A stretch of 64,000 nucleotides of DNA from Tegillarca granosa. Lineage: Eukaryota. The first letter of the stretch is position 1; the number at the start of each line of letters is the position of its first letter. The position numbers and the translations under genes were made by a program. The notes under the pieces are model-generated. The model was not told the DNA's origin and did not search any database. It worked only from the letters and a program-made list of their open reading frames with translations. Below, piece after piece: positions 10,850-22,827 of the stretch. The stretch lies in NCBI GenBank assembly GCA_029721355.1, contig CM056607.1, positions 8,339,309 to 8,403,308 on the forward strand, in the 5' to 3' direction.

Positions 10850-11460
10850 ACCATCATAAATTATCTTAAAACTTACTAGATATTGACACATGGTATCTTA
10901 AAACTTACTAGATATTGACACATGGTATCTTCAAACTTACTAGATATTGACACATGGTATCTTTAAACCAACTAGATATTGACACATGGTATCTTCAAAC
11001 TTACTAGATATTGACACATGGTATCTTTAAACCTACTAGATATTGACACATGGTATCTTAAAACTTTCTAGATATTGACACATTGTATCTTCAAACTTAC
11101 TAGATATTGACACATGGTATCTTCAAACTTACTAGATATTGACACATGGTATCTTCAAACTTACTAGATATTGACACATGGTATCTTAAAACTTACTAGA
11201 TATTGACACATGGTATCTTTAAACCTACTAGATATTGACACATGCTATCTTAAAACTTACTGGATATTGACACATGGTATCTTAAAACTTACTAGATATT
11301 GACACATGCTATCTTCAAACTTACTAGATATTGACACATGGTATCTGAACAGTAATTAGTTATTGACACATACATGTAGTATTTTTAAACTTACTAGATA
11401 TTGACACATGAGATCTGAAAAGTAACTAGATATTGACAAATTGAAAAACCAATTAGATTT
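10850..11460 (+). repeat. 32-bp minisatellite x ~19 (TATTGACACATGGTATCTTMAAACTTACTAGA) in PARP4 intron 5
   Basis: Direct reading. Confidence 0.9.
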
Positions 11461-11630
11461 CAAGAATTCACACAGAAGCATAATAGTTATTTAGTAGTGG
11501 CTGTGTTGTAAAAACCTTTGATATCATACATTTTATGTTAGATTTACAAATTTTAAATACCCTATCCACTGAGTAGTGATCAGTAAGACATTTATTTTTC
11601 ATTAATTTTTGTTCTATATTAATGTTACAG

Positions 11631-11768
11631 TTACTTGGTGAATTGTGTATTTTGACAAGTGAAATAATGCCAGAGATTGGTAGACTTGTTGAGATTGTTT
11701 GGAGGGAAGCTACGTATGAAGCTGAATCAAATTTGTCAATATCGACACAACACATAAAACCATCACAA
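11631..11768 (+). CDS. PARP4: PARP4-like exon 6 (PARP regulatory/helical region)
   Basis: tgttacag|TTA.. ..TCACAA|gtaagt. LLGELCILTSEIMPEIGRLVEIVWREATYEAESNLSISTQHIKPSQ ~ human SQEVSDLVEMIWAEALGHLE. Confidence 0.7.
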
Positions 11769-12407
11769 GTAAGTTTTTATTTTTAATATTCTTAAAATTA
11801 ATCATTGAGAGTCAGTTTTTCACACCCCCACCCCTAATGGCCATTCCTAACATATTAGTTAAAAAAAACCAGTTATTTTGATATTGTGATGGATTGTTGT
11901 TAGTAACCATGACAATATAAATTGCAGAATGATGAATTATAACTTGATGTTTGCAATGTCAGTGTATGTTTTCTGACGTTTAATTTAAATAGTCATATGC
12001 AGGGACAAAATTAATTATTTTGAATGAGATTTTTTATACTCTATATTGGTAGATTTCTCTTTACTACATTTCCATTATTTTAATATTAATAATCTATTAT
12101 ATGGTTTTCCAAACATTTCCATATAACATATTTCTATATTTCCCATTGATTTCCATTAGAAAATTCCTAAGGAGATTCTCATGTTGATAAGAACATCCCA
12201 TTTTTAACTGTCAACCTTAAGATAAGTTAAAAATTATCATGGTACATATCAAGCTGCCATTTTCAAGTTTCTAAACCAATGATTTCAATAATGCTTCACA
12301 GTTACCGATAGAGAGATATATTGGTCCTTGGATTGTACATGTATTTATTTAATATTTCAGCATTCTTTTACCACACCCTAATTAAATATACAAAATTTTA
12401 TCTGCAG

Positions 12408-12575
12408 GTTGAAGATGCAGAAGTAGCTTTAATGCAGCTGAAGAATTCTGTGTGTTCTGGAAATGATAAAAATAAACAACAACAATATACAGAGGAGTTT
12501 TATCAAGCCATTCCACATAAAATTAAATCCAGTTTAAATCTTAGACAAATCACAGCAAAACAAGATCTGTGTCAG
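12408..12575 (+). CDS. PARP4: PARP4-like exon 7; its 3' end is the founder of the 59-bp minisatellite
   Basis: tctgcag|GTT.. ..TGTCAG|gtatgt. VEDAEVALMQLKNSVCSGNDKNKQQQYTEEFYQAIPHKIKSSLNLRQITAKQDLCQ ~ human TAEQLQKMMTEFYRLIPHKGTMPKEVNLGLLAKKADLCQ. Confidence 0.85.
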
Positions 12576-15500
12576 GTATGTGATGAAGATATACCTTAGA
12601 CAAATTACAGCAAAACAAGCTCTGTGTCAGGTATGTGATGAAGATAAATAACCTTAGACAAATCACAGCAAAACAAGATATGTGTCAGGTATGTGATGAA
12701 GATAAATAACCTTAGACAAATCACAACAAAACAAGATCTGTGTCAGGTATGTGATAAAGATAAATAACCTTAGACAAATCACAGCAAAACAAGATCTGTG
12801 TCAGGTATGTGATGAAGATAAATAACCTTAGACAAATCACAGCAAAACAAGATCTGTGTCAGGTATGTGATGAAGATAAATAACCTTAGACAAATCACAA
12901 CAAAACAAGATATGTGTCAGGTATGTGATGAAGATAAATAACCTTAGACAAATCACAACAAAACAAGATCTGTGTCAGGTATGTGATTAAGATAAATAAC
13001 CTTAGACAAATCACAGCAAAACAAGATCTGTGTCAGGTATGTGATGAAGATAAATAACCTTAGACAAATCACAGCAAAACAAGATCTGTGTCAGGTATGT
13101 GATGAAGATAAATAACCTTAGACAAATCACAACAAAACAAGATCTGTGTCAGGTATGTGATGAAGATAAATAACCTTAGACAAATCACAACAAAACAAGA
13201 TCTGTGTCAGGTATGTGATGAAGATAAATAACCTTAGACAAATCACAACAAAACAAGATCTGTGTCAGGTATGTGATGAAGATAAATAACCTTAGACAAA
13301 TCACAGCAAAACAAGATCTGTGTCAGGTATGTGATGAAGATAAATAACCTTAGACAAATCACAGCAAGACAAGATCTGTGTCAGGTATGTGATGAAGATA
13401 ATACCTTAGACAAATTACAGCAAGACAAGATCTGTGTCAGGTATGTGATGAAGATAAATAACCTTAGACAAATCACAGCAAAACAAGATCTGTGTCAGGT
13501 ATGTGATGAAGATAAATAACCTTAGACAAATCACAGCAAGACAAGATCTGTGTCAGGTATGTGATGAAGATAAATAACCTTAGACAAATCAGAGCAAAAC
13601 AAGATCTGTATCAGGTATGTGATGAAGATAAATAACCTTAGACAAATCACAGCAAGACAAGATCTGTGTCAGGTATGTGATTAAGATAAATAACCTTAGA
13701 CAAATCACAGCAAAACAAGATCTGTGTCAGGTAGTGTGATTAAGATAAATAACCTTAGACAAATCACAGCAAGACAAGATCTGTGTCAGGTATGTGATTA
13801 AGATAAATAACCTTAGACAAATCACAGCAAAACAAGATCTGTGTCAGGTATGTGATTAAGATAAATAACCTTAGACAAATCACAGCAAAACAAGATCTGT
13901 GTCAGGTATGTGATGAAGATAAATAACCTTAGACAAATCACAGCAAAACAAGATCTGTGTCAGGTAGTGTGATTAAGATAAATAACCTTAGACAAATCAC
14001 AGCAAACAAGATCTGTGTCAGGTTGTGATGAAGATAAATAACCTTAGACAAATCACAGCAAAACAAGATCTGTGTCAGGTATGTGATTAAGATAAATAAC
14101 CTTAGACAAATCACAGCAAAACAAGATCTGTGTCAGGTATGTGATTAAGATAAATAACCTTAGACAAATCACAGCAAAACAAGATCTGTGTCAGGTATGT
14201 GATGAAGATAAATAACCTTAGACAAATCACAGCAAAACAAGATCTGTGTCAGGTATGTGATTAAGATAAATAACCTTAGACAAATCACAGCAAAACAAGA
14301 TCTGTGTCAGGTATGTGATGAAGATAAATAACCTTAGACAAATCACAGCAAAACAAGATCTGTGTCAGGTATGTGATTAAGATAAATAACCTTAGACAAA
14401 TCACAGCAAGACAAGATCTGTGTCAGGTATGTGATTAAGATAAATAACCTTAGACAAATCACAGCAAAACAAGATCTGTGTCAGGTTTGTGATGAAGATA
14501 AATAACCTTAGACAAATCACAGCAAAACAAGATCTGTGTCAGGTATGTGATTAAGATAAATAACCTTAGACAAATCACAGCAAGACAAGATCTGTGTCAG
14601 GTATGTGATTAAGATAAATAACCTTAGACAAATCACAGCAAAACAAGATCTGTGTCAGGTATGTGATTAAGATAAATAACCTTAGACAAATCACAGCAAA
14701 ACAAGATCTGTGTCAGGTATGTGATTAAGATAAATAACCTTAGACAAATCACAGCAAAACAAGATCTGTGTCAGGTATGTGATTAAGATAAATAACCTTA
14801 GACAAATCACAGCAAAACAAGATCTGTGTCAGGTATGTGATTAAGATAAATAACCTTAGACAAATCACAGCAAAACAAGATCTGTGTCAGGTATGTGATT
14901 AAGATAAATAACCTTAGACAAATCACAGCAAAACAAGATCTGTGTCAGGTATGTGATGAAGATAAATAACCTTAGACAAATCACAGCAAAACAAGATCTG
15001 TGTCAGGTATGTGATTAAGATAAATAACCTTAGACAAATCACAGCAAAACAAGATCTGTGTCAGGTATGTGATTAAGATAAATAACCTTAGACAAATCAC
15101 AGCAAAACAAGATCTGTGTCAGGTATGTGATTAAGATAAATAACCTTAGACAAATCACAGCAAAACAAGATCTGTGTCAGGTATGTGATGAAGATAAATA
15201 ACCTTAGACAAATCACAACAAAACAAGATCTGTGTCAGGTATGTGATGAAGATAAATAACCGTAGACAAATCACAGCAAAACAAGATCTGTGTCAGGTAT
15301 GTGATTAAGATAAATAACCTTAGACAAATCACAGCAAAACAAGATCTGTGTCAGGTATGTGATGAAGATAATAACCTTAGACAAATCACAGCAAAACAAG
15401 ATCTGTGTCAGGTATGTGATGAAGATAAATAACCTTAGACAAATCACAGCAAAACAAGATCTGTGTCAGGTATGTGATTAAGATAAATAACCTTAGACAA

Positions 15501-16530
15501 ATCACAGCAAACAAGATCTGTGTCAGGTATGTGATTAAGATAAATAACCTTAGACAAATCACAGCAAAACAAGATCTGTGTCAGGTATGTGATGAAGATA
15601 AATAACCTTAGACAAATCACAGCAAAACAAGATCCGTGTCAGGTATGTGATTAAGATAAATAACCTTAGACAAATCACAGCAAAACAAGATCTGTGTCAG
15701 GTATGTGATTAAGATAAATAACCTTAGACAAATTACAGCAAGACAAGATCTGTGTCAGGTATGTGATTAAGATAAATAACCTTAGACAAATTACAGCAAG
15801 ACAAGATCCGTGTCAGGTGTGTGATTAAGATAAATAACCTTAGACAAATCAGAGCAAAACAAGATCTGTGTCAGGTATGTGATTAAGATAAATAACCTTA
15901 GACAAATCACAGCAAACAAGATCTGTGTCAGGTATGTGATTAAGATAAATAACCTTAGACAAATCAGAGCAAAACAAGATCTGTGTCAGGTGTGTGATTA
16001 AGATAAATAACCTTAGACAAATCACAGCAAAACAAGATCTGTGTCAGGTATGTGATTAAGATAAATAACCTTAGACAAATCACAGCAAAACAAGATCTGT
16101 GTCAGGTATGTGATTAAGATAAATAACCTTAGACAAATTACAGCAAGACAAGATCCGTGTCAGGTGTGTGATGAAGATAAATAACCTTAGACAAATCAGA
16201 GCAAAACAAGATCCGTGTCAGGTATGTGATGAAGATAAATAACCTTAGACAAATCACAGCAAAACAAGATCCGTGTCAGGTATGTGATTAAGATAAATAA
16301 CCTTAGACAAATCACAGCAAACAAGATCTGTGTCAGGTATGTGATGAAGATAAATAACCGTAGACAAATCACAGCAAAACAAGATCTGTGTCAGGTATGT
16401 GATGAAGATAAATAACCGTAGACAAATCACAGCAAAACAAGATCTGTGTCAGGTATGTGATTAAGATAAATAACCTTAGACAAATCACAACAAAACAAGA
16501 TCTGTGTCAGATATGTGATTAAGATAAATC
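12537..16530 (+). repeat. 59-bp minisatellite x ~67 (TTAGACAAATCACAGCAAAACAAGATCTGTGTCAGGTATGTGATGAAGATAAATAACC); the first unit is the last 39 nt of PARP4 exon 7 plus the first 20 nt of intron 7
   Basis: Direct reading. Near-identical units with point variants (gaag/taag, caaa/caag, ctt/cgt). Every unit retains TGTCAG|GTATGT. Confidence 0.95.
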
Positions 16531-17099
16531 TACAAGTCAGTGCTTAGTTAGTAGCATAACCATTTCTTTATATTGCTTTACAGTTTGAGTAGAAAAATCT
16601 CTGTTTGAAATGATTAAAAATAAAAATATTTATTGACCCCTTGAAAAAAAAATAGAAAAACAAAAGTCTGGATCAGATTGGATTACATTAACCTGTGTTT
16701 TACCAAAAGTCAAGATTCTTTAAGTTTTACTGAGGCAGTCAATTCTTGGATGGTAGAGTGTCCACTGACCTTCATCAAGTGAACTGACAAAGTTAAACGA
16801 TAGAGACAACTGAAAAGATATTTTGACATCAACTTTATCCTCAATGAACAAATGCTTGAATGTTACCAACATACTGTGCAAAAAAATTGATGTTAAAAAA
16901 TTTGGCAAATTAAAATCAGTGGGTGTATGAATACGAAAGTGAATTTAGAAGTGAAATTCTGGAAACACAATTTGTGCTTGAATGAGTAAGTGATTTCTGT
17001 ATCTTATTTGTCAATTGAAATCTTTTACATTACTTCTTCAGCACCATTGATCAAATAACACAACTTTAAGTCAGCATATATGGTCCTATAAAGAACCAA

Positions 17100-17292
17100 A
17101 TATTCAAATTTAACATGTACAGAAAAGGAGTGGAGTGGAGTAATGGTGTTTTATGCTTCAGTCAAGATTCTGACAAACTTCCTCACACTAGGATCTGTAC
17201 CAAGTGGGATTCAAACTTAGGTGATGAAAGGCACTATGATCTGTAAGCACACGCTTTAGACTATTCAGCTGTGGAGGCCCCCTGGATTGGAT
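17100..17292 (-). mobile_element. tRNA-derived SINE family A copy A2 (PARP4 intron 7, just upstream of exon 8)
   Basis: ggagtggagtaatggtgtttta..cagtcaagattctgacaaacttcctcacactaggatctg..gggattcaaacttaggtgatgaaaggcactatgatctgtaagcacacgctt.. Confidence 0.6.
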
Positions 17293-17371
17293 TAATATCT
17301 GAGTCTAATATTAATCTGAGAAAAACATTTACATGTACAACAAGTGAAAATTTTTATATTTTCTGTTCTAG

Positions 17372-17532
17372 TTGATACATGATATACATGGTGCAAGTGA
17401 AGCTACAGATTGGTCTGAAGATGCCACAACATATGCAAAGTTCAGGGCATTAAGATGTCATGTGACCTATCTTGACCAACCAGATCAAGGATATCATGAT
17501 GTCAAAAACATGGTTGAAAGCACTTCTCCAGG
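17372..17532 (+). CDS. PARP4: PARP4-like exon 8 (catalytic domain start)
   Basis: tgttctag|TTG.. ..CCAGG|gtatgt. LIHDIHGASEATDWSEDATTYAKFRALRCHVTYLDQPDQGYHDVKNMVESTSP ~ human LIRDMVNVCETNLSKPNPPSLAKYRALRCKIEHV. Confidence 0.85.
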
Positions 17533-18301
17533 GTATGTGTATGTTTTACTTAGTATTGCACTTAAGAAATTATTTAAAAGTTTTGAGTTTCATTAAGGAA
17601 TAATGTGTAAATGGTATGTTGCAGAAAATTTCTTAAAATGTCATAGTTATTTCCTATTGACTGATTAATAATATATTAAAGATTATTTGAAACATGAAAA
17701 TTGATAATTGCAATCAAAATGAGGTTTTTACAAAACAAAGAAAGAAAAATATGATGTACTACATGACATTATAAATAACCCATCACTACATATTTTTCTT
17801 TCATTGTCAGGTGATTTTTATGATAAAAGTTTAAGTTAAAGGTAAAACATTTGATTGACTATCTGTTGTCTTGTTTATAATTACATTTACGGTATATCTG
17901 TACAGATATACATGTACTACATTCATCTGATTTTTTAAGACACTAACAAATAACTTCATTTAATAATTTCACCAAACAGAAAATTATATTTTCATCCTTA
18001 CTTCAATTGTGAGACAAGTAAGTGAATTTACAGGTCATTCCTTCAATTATCAAGGGTCTCAGTGACTAATCTTACTATGGAATGCAATACCTATGATCAT
18101 GACCACCTTAGTTAAAATCTAGATCTTAATGCTAAAAAGATTGTCAGTGTTCTTGGTGAAACATCGGTGGTTTCCTCAGGGCACTGTAGTTTGCCACCAT
18201 CTTTGAACTGTGCATCTTGATGTAGTAAAAAAGAATAATGACTTGTGTCTGTGGCACCATTAATCGACTTCTGTAGTTATCAATCATATTATTTATTGTA
18301 G

Positions 18302-18433
18302 TGTAAAGATTTTGAATATATACAAAGTAGGAAGAACGGCAGAAGATATACAGTTTAACACAAATGGAACTAGAAATGTACATCTGCTCATGCACTCCTC
18401 TGCTGCTTATAACTTTCTAGGTATTCTCTCAAG
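18302..18433 (+). CDS. PARP4: PARP4-like exon 9 (catalytic His)
   Basis: ttattgtag|TGT.. ..TCAAG|gtatgt. VKILNIYKVGRTAEDIQFNTNGTRNVHLLMHSSAAYNFLGILS ~ human VDVLQIFRVGRVNETTEFLSKLGNVRPLLHGSPVQNIVGILCRG. Confidence 0.85.
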
Positions 18434-18999
18434 GTATGTATGGTATGTTAGTCACAAAATTAATTCTGCCACCCTCTCATTTAGAAATAATAAACCATTT
18501 GGCTAGTTCCGTTATTCAATTTGTATTTTACAATTACAACTGTCAACTTATGTACTTCCAACAAAAAAGAGTTTCACTTGATAAGTGTGTTTTTTTTTAC
18601 GTATTGAATGGCCTTTTATAAACTGTCAACTGAACAACCAGCTGTTCCCAAAGTTTGTCCAGTCTGCAACTTTTGTAAAAATAATGTGTCCAGTTTAACT
18701 TCTTAGGAAATGGATAATTTACAATTCTTTATTGAATGAATTCAAACATAAGTATACAGAGTTAGAACCCAAAAATTGCTTTTATCATTCAAAAACAAAA
18801 GAATTGCAATATGTCATTCATATATGACCATGTAATTACCCCAATGGCTGCATCACTTCATGAAATATTCGTTGACATGTGAAAGCCAGTTTGTGTTATT
18901 CGATGATAAAGCACAGGTAGATACTTATTTTTTTTTTTTATTGAAAACCTCAAATTCCAAATTCACTCAGTTCTAAATTACACATTTATTTTTTTTCAG

Positions 19000-19098
19000 A
19001 GGGTTATTACTACCAAATATAGCTGTAGACCAGTATGGAGTAAGTCAGACTGATGCTGGTATGTTAGGTGCTGGGATATATTTCTCTAATTCACTTAA
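19000..19098 (+). CDS. PARP4: PARP4-like exon 10 (catalytic Tyr, GIYFS)
   Basis: ttttttcag|AGG.. ..CTTAA|gtaagt. RGLLLPNIAVDQYGVSQTDAGMLGAGIYFSNSL ~ human RGLLLPKVVEDRGVQRTDVGNLGSGIYFSDSL. Confidence 0.85.
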
Positions 19099-19309
19099 GT
19101 AAGTATGATTTTTATCTCATCTGCAAAAAGGGCAAAAAAAGTTATTTCCTCTCATATCACACTTTTAAAAATTGATTTTGTCTGTGACAAGCCTTTGGGT
19201 TTACTGTATTTTCTGAACCAACAAAATAGCCATGATTTCATCCACACATGTGAAAGAGTCTTTTAGCCTTACACCTGGTATTTGTGATAGCATAAGTGTC
19301 CAATGCTAA

Positions 19310-19795
19310 AGAACAACCTCAATAAAATGATCCATCCATACAGTTAAGTTTTCTGATCCATCCATACAGGTAAGCTTTTTGATCCATACATACATATAAG
19401 CTTCTTGATGCATCCATTCAGGTAAGCTTTCTGATGCACCCATACAGGTAAGTTTTCTGATGCACCCATACAGGTAAGCTTTCTGATGCATCCATACAGA
19501 TAAGCTTTCTGATGCATCCTTACAGGTAAGTTTTCTGATGCACCCATTCAGGTAAGCTTTCTGATGCATCCATACAGTTAAGCTTTCTGATGCACCCATA
19601 CAGGTAAACTTTCTGATGCACCCATACAGGTAAGCTTTCTGGTGCATCTAAACAGGTAAGTTTTCTGATGCATCCATACAGGTAAACTTTCTGATGCACC
19701 CATACAGGTTAGCTTTCTGATGCATCTATACAGGTAAGTTTTCTGATGCATCCATACAGATAAGCTTTCTGATGCATCCATACAGGTAATTATCT
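19310..19795 (+). repeat. 26-bp minisatellite x ~18 (CATACAGGTAAGYTTTCTGATGCAYC), each unit containing the consensus 5' splice site CAGGTAAG; PARP4 intron 10
   Basis: Direct reading; period 26 measured between successive catacaggta. Confidence 0.9.
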
Positions 19796-20505
19796 AAACA
19801 TGCTAGACTGTTAAGACATTTCATTATTAATTGGCAATATCTCTTTAAATGTTTCCTGTTAACGAGCCCAGTGCAATTAGGAACTTCCAGAAGTAGAAAA
19901 TTCATGTGTCTGAAATGAATTCCACCTTTTCCAATCAAGTGACCCAGATAAACTCTTCAAATGGGAAGGGAAAAAAATGTAAAAAATGGCAACTTCCATT
20001 ATGGAATTTTAGCATTTTGATGAACATTTAAATAGTTTTTAAGAAGATTTTATACTCCAATTGGTGAAAATGAAAACCTGCTTATTTTATTGCTTTTAAA
20101 TAGGCAAGTATTTTATGTATAGTTAACAGTTGTATTCGCTGAGTCCTCCATATTTTAAGCATGTGACATGCATATCTTCTGAAATTATGCCCGATTTTTA
20201 AAAGAGTCAGAAATGCTTCTGGAAAAGGAAGTTGCCCAGTCAAAAATTCAGAAGGCATTTTACGTGAGTAACTCGTGTTTTCTACTTCTGGAAGTTCCCA
20301 ATCGCATCAGGGTCTAGTAATAAGGCATCACTTGTTACAGTGATGAATACCATTGACCATCAGTTTTAGACCAATATTAAAGATAATACACTGCTGTATT
20401 GTAAATTCATTGGCAAAAAAGTTTAATGATTGTTTGTAAAAATATTGCATAAAATATGGTGTCAAATTATTTCAGAATTTTAATGATTTTCTATTTTCAT
20501 TTCAG

Positions 20506-20683
20506 TATAAGTAATCTTTACTCAAAACCAAGTGTTCATACTGGTTCAAGATTTGTACTTCTCTGTGAGGTTGCTCTTGGAAAATCTTGTAAATTTTCAA
20601 AGCCTGATCCAAAATTGAAAGCACCACCTGTAGGTTATGACAGTGTTTGTAGAGTTTTAAGTGAAGAAAATCACAGTATTGAG
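20506..20683 (+). CDS. PARP4: PARP4-like exon 11
   Basis: catttcag|TAT.. ..ATTGAG|gtaaga. NISNLYSKPSVHTGSRFVLLCEVALGKSCKFSKPDPKLKAPPVGYDSVCRVLSEENHSIE ~ human YSHPGETDGTRLLLICDVALGKCMDLHEKDFSLTEAPPGYDSVHGV. Confidence 0.85.
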
Positions 20684-21312
20684 GTAAGAATGTTTTTATT
20701 GCATAACATGTCCCTTCTATTTGTGTCACTGTAATTTTGTCAATGAATTATTTAGAATTTTCATAGAAATTTCAATGAACTATAATTCAGCATCTTTTAC
20801 TCGCTTAAGTCTAGTCATAACTGAAAATCAGGTATCCGCAATTACCATAGAAGAATACACACAGTAAAAATATGTCTCTTTGGGGGTTTTACTTGTTAAA
20901 AAACAAGGCAAATGGTAAATTCTTTTGCACATTTAATGTAATGCAACACTAAAACATCACTTTCAGTGTAAAAACCACCATTTTCAACATATAGAATCCC
21001 CATAGCAGCAATGTTTTACTTTCTACAGAAATAATTTATGACATTTGCAGATGCCCATAGCGATTTCCAGTTACGACCAATTAATTGTAGCAAGACCATA
21101 TAATAAAAAACATAATACACAGATGAAGTATCGCTGTCATTTCCATGGTAACTGTGTAGTTTTAAATGAAGAAAATAGCAATATTGAGGCACGAATTTTT
21201 CGTTATGCATATCCTGTCCCTAAATCCATATAGCAAAATCCTAAACATATTTGTGAACAAATGTTTTGACTAATGACTCTTTAATTATCATCAGCTGTAT
21301 ATTTTATTTTAG

Positions 21313-21466
21313 GAATTGGAGTATGTCATTTATAATCCCAGTCAACATAGAATGAAATATTTAGTAGAATATGCACTCCCAACAGATGAAATCTCACAGA
21401 TTGAAAACTTCACTGTTACCATGGAAACTGATGAAGAAGTTTTACAGAAAAATTTATCAAAAATTG
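21313..21466 (+). CDS. PARP4: PARP4-like exon 12 (catalytic Glu region)
   Basis: attttag|GAA.. ..AAATTG|gtatgt. ELEYVIYNPSQHRMKYLVEYALPTDEISQIENFTVTMETDEEVLQKNLSKI ~ human DEFVVYKTNQVKMKYIIKFSMPGDQ. Confidence 0.8.
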
Positions 21467-22150
21467 GTATGTTATTGCAAATTCAGCAACTTTAATCCCA
21501 ATAGCTTAATTATATGACATTCAATAGTTAGTTTATACAGTTTTAAGTATACTAATGTATAAGGAAATACAGTGCAGCCTGTTCAACTGAACACATGTAG
21601 ACCAAAGATTTGGTTTGGTTTAGGAAGGAATATGGTTTACACAGGTTATTTTAACAAATGATTTTAAAAATCAATGAAAATTGATCAGGTAATACCTTTT
21701 TTTGGTTAAGTTGACCAGTTGCACTATAGGCTGATAAATAATGGTTTAAATAAACACTTTATAAGAACATGATTTCAGGTTGTTTTATTGTTATAGATAC
21801 ATGCTTATTGTTAAAATTCATACAAAATTAAAGTTTGTCAACATATGATAAATTCTTGGTTTGGATACTTTTCAAGTACCAGTACATTGTATTTCAATAT
21901 TTTCTAGTTTGATGAGGGTTTTTCTTAATCTAAACCCAGGTGAAACAATTAACTAACAGAATAATTTTTTTTGTGTCATCTGAATAAAATGAGGCAAATT
22001 TATCAAAAATTGCTAGGTAAAAATTGAATAACCAGGTAAAAATTGCTAACCAGGTAACTTATGTCAAAGATTATGGTAATCTTGAGCTTGTGCATTGATA
22101 AATTGTATGTTAAAACTTAAAATTTTACAGGAATATTATTTTTGCTTTAG

Positions 22151-22281
22151 ATATAAATGATGTTAAAGACATTCCTGATCCATTAGCTAAAGTGGAGGCA
22201 GGTTTAATTGGAGGAAAGAAAAATTCTGTACCTCTGAAAAGTGTTCATATCAGAGCTAAATTACTGGATCTTGTAGGACAG
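22151..22281 (+). CDS. PARP4: PARP4-like exon 13
   Basis: tttgctttag|AT.. ..GGACAG|gtaaat. DINDVKDIPDPLAKVEAGLIGGKKNSVPLKSVHIRAKLLDLVGQ ~ human NLVPLEDVHIKGRIIDTVAQ. Confidence 0.75.
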
Positions 22282-22360
22282 GTAAATATATGGAATTTTA
22301 ATTCAGTATCTTACTGGATCTTGTAGGACAGGTAAATATATGGAAGTCTAATTCAGTATC
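22261..22360 (+). repeat. 50-bp tandem duplication of the exon-13 3' end + donor (TTACTGGATCTTGTAGGACAG|GTAAATATATGGAA.T.TAATTCAGTATC x2)
   Basis: Direct reading; the second copy carries an intact GACAG|GTAAAT. Confidence 0.9.
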
Positions 22361-22700
22361 TCCTACAGACATGTGAGATCATTATTCAACAAATAGAACT
22401 AAAGGAAAATATATGGTGTTTTGTGCCCCATTCGAGATCATTTTTCTCACTTATATCAAGGTGGTGTAGGACAACAGAGTACTTGGTTAAAAACCACTGA
22501 CACTCCATAAGTAAACTGACAAACTTTAGAGGTAATCGGGCAAAACTCTTTGAAAAAATATGATAATATGTATTTGAAATATCTGTTATCAAATATAAAT
22601 GTTATAAAAAGATAGAATTTACAAAGTTTAATTTTTTCACTTTTATCATCATCATCATCATCATCAAGTGTCACTCTATCAAATCAAAATTTTATTTTAG

Positions 22701-22827
22701 GTAGTAGTTTTACAGTCTTACAGAAATGACAATAGTGTAAACATAGAAGCTAAGTATGTATTCCCCCTGGATGATACGGCAGCTGTTTGTGGATTTGAAG
22801 CTTTTATAAATGGAAAACACATTATTG
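22701..22827 (+). CDS. PARP4: PARP4-like exon 14 (VIT domain)
   Basis: tttattttag|GTA.. ..ATTATTG|gtcagt. VVVLQSYRNDNSVNIEAKYVFPLDDTAAVCGFEAFINGKHII ~ human VIVFQTYTNKSHVPIEAKYIFPLDDKAAVCGFEAFINGKHIVG. Confidence 0.9.

Noticed and set aside
12537-16530. A regular 59-bp direct-repeat array that superficially resembles a CRISPR array (similarly the 93-bp array at 40600-43975)
   Set aside because: Units abut directly with no unique spacers. Both arrays lie inside the introns of a eukaryotic multi-exon gene, and the unit is derived from an exon/intron junction. These are minisatellites, not CRISPR.
19306-19938. Minus-strand ORFs (113, 67, 67, 70 aa) with repeating MHQKAYLYGCIRKLTCMGASESL
   Set aside because: Translation of the 26-bp minisatellite; periodic with no start context.
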